A stretch of 32,000 bases of DNA, taken from Trichodesmium erythraeum IMS101. Lineage in GTDB: Bacteria; Cyanobacteriota; Cyanobacteriia; Cyanobacteriales; Microcoleaceae. Each line of letters opens with the position of its first letter. The first letter of the stretch is position 1. The translations under genes and the position numbers were made by a program. Below the pieces are notes generated by a model. The model made no database searches and was not told where the DNA came from. It saw nothing but the letters and a program-made list of their open reading frames with translations. Positions 19,121-26,754 of the stretch are shown one piece after another. Location of the stretch: contig NC_008312.1 in NCBI RefSeq assembly GCF_000014265.1, forward strand, positions 6,060,001 to 6,092,000. Reading direction: 5' to 3'.

Positions 19121-20560
19121 ATGACCAAAAATATTATAAATACTATGACCATAGATGCTGATACCTTTTTTCAGGCAATAAACCCTAGGGTTCCTCTGTT
19201 TATAGATAATGCGGAAATTGACAAAAAATACTATATTGACTTTTCTCCGGTGCGTGGGCAACAGGTGATTAAGGATTTGAAGTCTACTATTACTCGTTGG
19301 TCTAAAGGTAAACCTACCTGTCAATTATTTACTGGACATATTGGTTGTGGTAAGTCTACAGAACTCTGGCGACTGAAGCAACAGTTGGAAACAGCAGGTT
19401 ATCATGTTGTTTATTTTGAGTCTGAAAAAAACCTGGAAATGGTAGATGTGGATGTTAGTGATATTCTTTTGACTATTGCCCAAAAGGTGAGTGAAAGTTT
19501 GGAGAAGTTAGAAAGATTAAATTTGGAAGAGCCAAAAAGGCTAAAAGGTCTACTTCAGAGTATTGTTAAATTATTACAGACAGAAATTGAATTTTCGGCA
19601 GAAACTACTGTTCCTGGTGTGGGTAAGTTGTCAGCTAGCAGTGATGGTTCATTTTCGGCAGATTTAGGAATAGTTGAAGTGAAGGCTGATGAGGAAGGGT
19701 TAGAGTTTGTGGCTTCAGGTATTGGTAAAATTTCTGCACAGGCAAAGGGTAGCCCGGAACTCCGCACTAAACTGAGGGAATATCTGGGACCTCGCACCCC
19801 TGGAATTATTGAGATGATCAACAAAGAGTTGCTTGAACCTGCTGATCAGAAGTTGAAAGAGTATGGTAAAAAGGGGTTGGTTGTGATCGCTGATAGTCTT
19901 GATAAGGTTGATAGTTCCCCAAAACCTTGGGGTAGAAATCAGCAGGAATATTTGTTTGTAGACCGAGGAGAGCAACTAACAAGCCTTCAGTGTCATCTGA
20001 TTTATACTTTACCTATAGCACTGCGTTTTTCTAATGACTACGGTACTTTAACTCAAAGGTTTGATGCTCCTAAGATATTGCCGATGGTAGCTACACAGTT
20101 ACAGGATGGCAGTGAATGTATTGCTGGAATGGAGTTAATGCGACAGTTGGTTTTGGCTAGGGCTTTTCCAGAGTTAACACCACAGGAAAGGTTGGCAAGG
20201 GTGACGGAAGTGTTTGATAGTCAGGAAACTTTAGACTATTTATGTTGGGTTAGTGGGGGTCATGTCAGGAATATGTTCCGAATGGTACTTGATGCTCTCA
20301 AGGAGGAGGATGACTTACCTATTTCTCGTGGGAGTGTTGACAATGTAGTGAGAAATTATCGCAATGAACAACTTTTGGCTATAGATGATCACGAGTGGGA
20401 GTTATTACGGCAGGTAGTTCAAACAAAAAAAGTAACGGGTGATGACGGATACCAAATTTTAATCCGGAGCATGTTTGTTTATGAGTATCAATATGACCAG
20501 AGTTCTTGGTTTAATATTAATCCTCTTTTGAAAGATGCACCAGAATTGAAGATAAGTTAA
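19121..20560 (+). CDS. Stand-alone P-loop NTPase, small gene of cassette 2 (paralog of 4632..5948)
   Basis: 479-aa ORF with Walker A FTGHIGCGKSTEL and Walker B GLVVIADSLDKVD. The true start may instead be the ATG at 19145, because MTIDADTFFQAINP aligns with MSVNVKAFFQATNP of copy 1. It carries a ~35-aa insertion relative to copy 1. Confidence 0.82.
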   Translation: MTKNIINTMTIDADTFFQAINPRVPLFIDNAEIDKKYYIDFSPVRGQQVIKDLKSTITRWSKGKPTCQLFTGHIGCGKSTELWRLKQQLETAGYHVVYFESEKNLEMVDVDVSDILLTIAQKVSESLEKLERLNLEEPKRLKGLLQSIVKLLQTEIEFSAETTVPGVGKLSASSDGSFSADLGIVEVKADEEGLEFVASGIGKISAQAKGSPELRTKLREYLGPRTPGIIEMINKELLEPADQKLKEYGKKGLVVIADSLDKVDSSPKPWGRNQQEYLFVDRGEQLTSLQCHLIYTLPIALRFSNDYGTLTQRFDAPKILPMVATQLQDGSECIAGMELMRQLVLARAFPELTPQERLARVTEVFDSQETLDYLCWVSGGHVRNMFRMVLDALKEEDDLPISRGSVDNVVRNYRNEQLLAIDDHEWELLRQVVQTKKVTGDDGYQILIRSMFVYEYQYDQSSWFNINPLLKDAPELKIS

Positions 20561-20613
20561 TAGATAGGGAGGTTGCATCAGGTATTATTAAGATAGTAGG
20601 AAGTTAAAAAATT

Positions 20614-23600
20614 ATGTCTAATAGTGGTAATATAGAAAAGTTGCTTCGAGGCTTGAAGATGTCTAAAGGAAGATTCTCGCCTTTTTTGGCTCGTTATAGT
20701 TATGTGAGTCAGCGCGATCGCTTAATTGAAAATTTCCGAGCATCTTTTCCTGGTGTATTGAAAGTATTGGCCTTGGATGAGTCTGTGACCCAAATTTATA
20801 CAACTGTCAGAAAATATTTAGAAGGCAAAGAGCTGGATGTTTTGATGGTCTGTGGTTGGGAGTCGTTGAGGAATATTAATGAATTATTAGTGGCAATGGG
20901 ATATGTGCGGGAAGAGTTTAGAAAACATTGCCCTCTACCAATAGTTTTTTGGGTAGATGGGAACGTTTCCCGGAAATTTATTCGGTTAATTCCAGATTTT
21001 TACAATTGGGTGAGTCTGACTGTATTTGAATCTGCTAATGATGAATTAATTGATTTTATTCAGCAAACGAGTGAGAATGTTTATCAGAAGGTTTTGGAAA
21101 GTGGGGTAGGAATATTTTTAGATTATACTGACCTGGGTTTGCCAGAGTCTAGTTATCAAGATTTGTTAGAGGCTCGGCAAGAGTTGGCCAATAGAGGAAT
21201 TACTTTAGAAGCAGAACTAGAGGCGAGTCTGGAATTTGTTTTAGGTAGGTTGACAGATGATTTTGAGGAAACAGCCCGAGATCATTATCAACGGAGTCTT
21301 GAACTTTGGCAACAACTTAAGAACCCGTTGCGAGTTGCTCATACTTATTATTATTTGGGTTTGTGGTGGCAGAGTTATGGGGTGACACATCGAACAGAAA
21401 AAAAGATAGCTGACAAGAATGCTGGGGATTATTTTCAACAGTCAGTAGAAGGTTTTGAGGCAATTAAGCGTCTAGACTTAGTTGCTAAATTTATCAATGG
21501 TTGGGGAGAAGTTTTGCAGGTTTTGGAGAGTTGGGAGCAGTTGGAAACTGTTGCGAATAGAGCAATAGAAGTTTTAGATACCTCCCAGCCTTCTTTTAGA
21601 CTAGCCCGTGCTTATGATTTTCTTGCCGAATGTGAACTAGCTAAAGGTAACTATAAACAAGCCAAACAACTTGCTGAAACTGCTATAGAAATTTTCAACA
21701 ATACTCAAAGCGCTGCATCTGTTCTTACCTCAGAAAAAGATCAAAAAACTTTAGATCGGGAAAAGTATTATCATCGGGGTAGATATTTATTTTCTTTGGC
21801 AAAAGCTGAAAAAGGTAGTGGTAAAATTAAATCAGCTATAGATACTTTGGAAAAAGCTAAAAAGAGGACGAAGCCTGAATATAACCCGGATTTTTACATC
21901 AATATTATTGAGAAATTACGAGAAATATATTACCAAGAAAAAGAATATCTTAAAGCTTTTAAATTAAAGCAAGAACGACAAAGAATAGAACAACTATTTG
22001 GGTTTATAGCTTTTGTTGGGGCGAAGACTTTGGGCTCTATAAAATCTAATATTCATCTCGCTTTACCTTATTTAAAACCAAACAATAATCAACAAAAAAT
22101 AACTCAGGAAATAGCAGCATCTGGACGAGAATTTGATGTCAAAATATTACTGGAAAGGTTGAGTCAACCTCAACATAAGCTTATAGTTCTTTATGGAGAA
22201 TCAGGAGTTGGTAAAAGTTCGACTTTGCAGGCTGGATTAATTCCTGTTTTAGAGAAAAAATCAATTGATACTCGTGATGTCGTGGTGGTTTTACAGCGAG
22301 TTTATGTTAATTGGATTTGCCAACTAGGAAAAGGTTTAGCTAAACAACTGGAAACAACTAAAAATTTAGCTGTTAATTCAGAGAAACTAACCTCAATTGA
22401 AGGAATTTTTGCTCAGTTAAAAAAGAATGAACAATTAAATCTAATGACGGTTATTATTTTTGATCAATTTGAGGAATTTTTCTTTGTTAATAGGGAACTT
22501 CAGGATAGACGAGAATTTGCTCAGTTTCTCCAAAATTGTTTAGAAATACCTTTTGTGACAATTATTTTATCATTGAGAAAAGATTATATTCATTATTTGT
22601 TAGATTTTAGTCGTTGGGCTAATTTAGAAGTAATTAATGAGAATATTTTAGACAAAAATATCCTCTATTACTTAGGGAATTTAAGACCTTCACAGGCAAA
22701 AATAGTCATTGAAAAATTAACAGCAAATTCTCAGTTTAAAATAGACTCAGCACTGACAGAAAAATTGGTAGAAAACTTAGCACAGGAGTTGGGAGAAGTT
22801 CGTCCTATTGAGTTACAAGTAGTGGGGGCACAACTCCAGGAAGATCAGATTACGACTTTGGCAAAATATCAAGAATTAGGAAATATTCCTCAAGTAGAAT
22901 TGGTAGAGAGATCTTTAAAGTCAGTGGTGAAAGACTGTGGAGAAGAAAATGAAAAATTTGCCTGGGTGGTGTTGTGGTTATTAACGGATGAAAATAATAC
23001 TCGACCTCTGAAAACTCAAGCTGAGTTGGTGAAAGAAAGTGACTTTAATCCGGAGAAGTTAGAGTTAGTATTAAATATTTTTGTAGGTTCGGGATTAGTA
23101 TTTTTATTGCCAGAAAAACCAGCAGCTCGTTATCAGTTAGTACATGATTATTTAGTTTGGTTTATTCGACAAAGAAAAGGAAATAAAATACAAGAGGAGC
23201 TCAAACAGGAACGGGAAAAACGGCAGCAGTTGCAGACGTGGTTAGTTAGGGGTTCTGTTGCTGTTTCCTTGGTGATGGCGATATTGGTAGGGGCGATATA
23301 TATGTCTGTAAGGGAGGAACATAAGGAAAAAATTATTTCTCAAGCTAATGAGTCTAGAGCGTTATCTATTTCTGGTCAGCGATGGGATGGGTTGATGACT
23401 GCGATGAATGTTAGGCAAAAACAAATTGATGCTAAAATTAAACCAATAGGTAAAGCTAGCAAGATTACAAATGCCCTCCGAGTCGCAGTTTACAGCTACG
23501 ATAAAGATGATGAGTTTCGAGAAATTAATCGTACTCAGGCCCATGAGAATTGGGTAAATGGTATAGCATTTAGTCCCGATGAAGAAACTATTGCTTCTGG

Positions 23601-25413
23601 AAGTTATGACAACACAATGAAGTTGTGGAACCATCAGGGAAATTTATTGCAGACTCTAAAAGGTCATGAGAATTGGGTAAATGGTATGGCTTTTAGTCCC
23701 GATGGAGGAACTGTAAAGTTGTGGAACCACCAGGGGAAATTATTGCAGACTCTAAAAGGTCATGAGAATTCGGTCTATGGTATAGCATTTAGTTTTGATG
23801 GAGAAACTATTGCAACTGCTGGTGCTGACAAAACAGTGAAGTTGTGGAACCCTCAGGGAAAATTATTGCAGACTATCACCGGCCATGATAACTGGGTCTA
23901 TGGTATAGCATTTAGTCCTGATGGAGAGACTATTGCTTCTGCTAGCTGGAAAACAGTGAAGTTGTGGAACCGTCAGGGGAAATTATTGCAGACTCTCACC
24001 GGCCATGAGAATTGGGTCTATGGTGTAGCATTTAGTCCTGATGGAAAGACTATTGCAACTGCTGGTGGTGACAAAACAGTGAAGTTGTGGAACCGTCAGG
24101 GGAAATTATTGCAGACTATCATCGGTCATGAGAATTGGGTCTATGGTGTAGCATTTAGTCCTGATGGAAAGACTATTGCAACTGCCAGTGGTGACAAAAC
24201 AGTGAAGTTGTGGAACCGTCAGGGGAAATTATTGCAGACTCTAAAGGATCATGATAATTGGGTATATGGTGTAGCATTTAGTCTTGATGGAAAGACTGTT
24301 GCAACTGCCAGTGGTGACAAAACAGTGAAGTTGTGGAACCGTCAGGGGAAATTATTGCAGACTCTAAAAGGTCATGATAACTGGGTCTATGGTGTAGCAT
24401 TTAGTCCCGATAAAGAGACTATTGCAACTGCCAGTGGTGACAAAACAGTGAAGTTGTGGAACCGTCAGGGGAAATTATTGCAGACTCTCACCGGCCATGA
24501 GAATTCGGTTTATGGTGTAGCGTTTAGTCCTGATGGAAAGACTATTGCAACTGCCAGTGGTGATCAAACAGTGAAGCTGTGGACAAATTGGCGGATAGAA
24601 GATTTAACTAAGCATGGTTGCGAGCGGTTAAATAATCATTTAGTTGCCCATCCCCAGAAGTTAGAGGAACTCAGAATTTGCCAAACTGACGAACGCAAGA
24701 AATTAGCTGCTAGTAGTTGGGTAATAGAGGGAGAAAAGTTGGCAAGGGAAGGGAAGGTTAAGGAGGCAGTTGCCACGTTTAAGAAAGCAGCAAAATGGAA
24801 TTCTGATATCAACATCAACTCAAATTTTCTAGTTTGGGCAAAATTATTAGCTGAGGCAGAAACACTGATGGAGGAAGGAACGGAATTAGCAAAAGAAGAA
24901 AAAATAGAGGCTGCAGTGGAAAAATACCAACGAGCAAAAGAACTTGATCAAGTGGCATTTACCCCTACTTGGCAAAATGTTGACCCAGAAGCTAAAGCTA
25001 AATATCAGGCAGTGGATGCTTTGTTGAATAAAGGGGATGAACTTCTGAGGAAGAGAAAGGTTAAAGAAGCGATCGCCTCCTACGAAAAAGCAGAAAGGAT
25101 CGACTCCACCCAAATTTCTGCTTTTAACTGGAATAAACTTTGTCGGGATGGTAGTCTTGATCAAAAAGCTGCTGATGTTATGTTTGCCTGTGAAAAAGCA
25201 GTTGCCATGAGCCCGCAAGATGGCAAAATTATTGATAGTCGCGGACTTGCTAGGGCATTAACAGGGAATATTGAGGGAGCGATCGCTGATTTTCAAGTCT
25301 ATGTAGAATGGACGAGAAATGAGGAGAAAAAAGCACAACGACAACAATGGATAAAAGCACTTCAGGCAGGGGAAAACCCATTTACTGATAAGCTGTTGGA
25401 AGAGTTAAGGTAG
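20614..25413 (+). CDS. STAND/NLR-like NTPase with TM helix, WD40 array and TPR-like tail; large gene of cassette 2
   Basis: 1599-aa ORF. The N-terminal module has no P-loop ([28 protein letters not shown]). It is followed by TPR-like helices ([17 protein letters not shown]). The NTPase has Walker A [22 protein letters not shown] and Walker B [14 protein letters not shown] hydrophobic helix [24 protein letters not shown] lies at 23239-23310. Nine WD40 units and C-terminal TPR-like repeats follow. An AGGAAG Shine-Dalgarno-like site sits ~10 nt upstream of the ATG. Confidence 0.9.
   Translation: [1599 protein letters not shown]
23539..24582 (+). repeat. Coding tandem array of 9 WD40 units (123-bp period); two units carry in-frame deletions
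   Basis: Unit starts are at 23539, 23662, 23758, 23881, 24001, 24124, 24247, 24370 and 24493. The spacings are 123, 96, 123, 120, 123, 123, 123 and 123 nt. The consensus is [41 protein letters not shown]. Confidence 0.92.
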
Positions 25414-25456
25414 TATGATTTTAAAATAAGTTTAGCTCTATATTCAAATGAAAACC

Positions 25457-25662
25457 CTAAGTACAGAACAAAGTTTTTAAAACCCTATAAAAATCAGCTA
25501 TTTTGCTAGGTATATTGAATAAAATATTATACAACAAATTTAGACTATAGGGAAAAAAACTTTGAGCTTTACCCGCAAAAAGTTTTGAGAACCCTAACCT
25601 AAACTAGATCAGGGTCAAAAATGAAAATAACCTGACTCAGTACAAGTTTTGTATGTAAAAAT
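25457..25662 (-). mobile_element. Internally deleted, MITE-like remnant of the same IS family as 7545..8687, in inverted orientation
   Basis: It starts with the same 16-mer, ctaagtacagaacaaa (25457-25472). Bases 25491-25585 align with the reverse complement of ~8575-8667 at roughly 80-85% identity by eye (e.g. aaatcagctattttgctaggtatat vs aaattagctattttgctaagtatat; ctttacccgcaaaaag vs ttttacccccatgttt). The far boundary is uncertain. Confidence 0.5.
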
Positions 25663-25668
25663 TGCCAC

Positions 25669-26754
25669 CTACTGCCTACTCTGTTTTAATAATAAACTTC
25701 CTCCTGAAGGAAATTCTTCATTTTTTTGATCAAAGCGCCAATGTTGTTGATAATTATTAAAAAAGTTTTGCCCTAAAATTCCATCAACTTCTAATAACTC
25801 TAATACCGGGGAAGATAAAATTACTGTTTCTAATTTTCTCAACTCATAATTTCCCATTTTCACCTGAGCTAAGGAAGCTAATTCTGCCATTTCAATGCCA
25901 CAAAAACCCTGGACTCGAACTGCCTGTCTTTCGGCAGCAGTAATTTTTAACTGACTAGCTAATTTCTGAGAAATAAAAATACTTTCTGCTCCCGTATCTA
26001 ACATAAAAATAAACGGACCGTTGCCATTAATTTCTACCTCGGCTAACATGACTCCTAATTTAGATTTAAGTGGGATAGCATCTTTAATATTTTTAGCGGG
26101 TATGATCGTGGGAGATAGTAACCGTAACTCTTGGGTTTTAGGGTTTATTTCTACATCAAAATTACTTAAAATATCCATCCCCAAAACTCCTGATAATTCT
26201 CCTGGCATTATAGTAGTAGTAAACTCTAAACCAGCTAATTTTTCGACTTTAACATCATCAATTTTTAACACAGGTAAACGATGCAAATTAGCTTTCATTT
26301 CGGGGCACTCATCTCCAGCTACTGCATAAGTTAAAAGTTCTTTTGGTATAGGTTCTCCTTTTAATCCTAATTCTTTGACTATTTTTGTAGAAATCATTGT
26401 AGTAGAAGCTCCTGTATCTAATAAAAAATCACCGGATTTTTTCCCTAAAGTAGCTGTTAAAGTAAATGCTGTTCCACTGTCTAAAAATTTGAGAGGAATA
26501 GTGGTAATTCCAGTTACTTTCGGCCGTGGTAAGTTGAGACCTTCTAGTTGTACAATAGCTCCAGTTGATATTTGTGGAGTTGTGGCAATATAATTTCTTT
26601 CAGGACTTCTAACACTTGTAGTTTTTTGGGGAGCGATCGCTATATTTTGTTTCCCAATAACAGGTCTGAATAAAGCAAAAGTTGGGGAAATAATTATAGA
26701 GGTAATAGCTGCTATAATAATAGTTTTGACGGTCTTTTTTGTACTGTTTCTCAT
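25669..26754 (-). CDS. Retropepsin-like aspartic protease with two tandem DTGA domains and an N-terminal signal/anchor
   Basis: 361-aa ORF. The N-terminal stretch KTIIIAAITSIIISPTFALF is hydrophobic. There are two catalytic-type motifs, FLLDTGASTTMIS (D113) and FMLDTGAESIFIS (D253). The GILGMD/GILGQNF-type flap-end motifs (GVLGMDILSNF, GILGQNFFNNY) are also duplicated. Confidence 0.8.
   Translation of the reverse strand: MRNSTKKTVKTIIIAAITSIIISPTFALFRPVIGKQNIAIAPQKTTSVRSPERNYIATTPQISTGAIVQLEGLNLPRPKVTGITTIPLKFLDSGTAFTLTATLGKKSGDFLLDTGASTTMISTKIVKELGLKGEPIPKELLTYAVAGDECPEMKANLHRLPVLKIDDVKVEKLAGLEFTTTIMPGELSGVLGMDILSNFDVEINPKTQELRLLSPTIIPAKNIKDAIPLKSKLGVMLAEVEINGNGPFIFMLDTGAESIFISQKLASQLKITAAERQAVRVQGFCGIEMAELASLAQVKMGNYELRKLETVILSSPVLELLEVDGILGQNFFNNYQQHWRFDQKNEEFPSGGSLLLKQSRQ

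Noticed and set aside
19097-19324. Minus-strand ORFs 19097..19324, 19555..19824, 19715..19975, 21241..21438, 23362..23634, 24636..24818 and 24886..25218
   Set aside because: All are antisense to the two strongly supported cassette-2 genes and lack motifs.
20567-20572. GGGAGG as the ribosome-binding site of the large cassette-2 gene, or evidence of an upstream start
   Set aside because: It lies 41 nt before the ATG, no in-frame start follows it, and stops intervene. The AGGAAG ~10 nt upstream of 20614 is the plausible site.
1-25413. Inverted cassettes flanking ~13 kb as a composite transposon
   Set aside because: The arms encode no transposase and have no defined terminal repeats. They are diverged paralogous operons, and the only IS sequences present are decayed.
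26021-26593. Plus-strand ORFs 26021..26329 and 26375..26593
   Set aside because: They are antisense to the aspartic protease gene, whose minus-strand frame carries both DTGA motifs.
25669-26754. The retropepsin-like protease (or the NYN gene at 10522..11931) as the missing effector of the ATPase/STAND module
   Set aside because: The protease gene is convergent to cassette 2 and separated from it by an IS remnant. The NYN gene is 4.5 kb from cassette 1 with unrelated genes between them. Neither is duplicated with the module.
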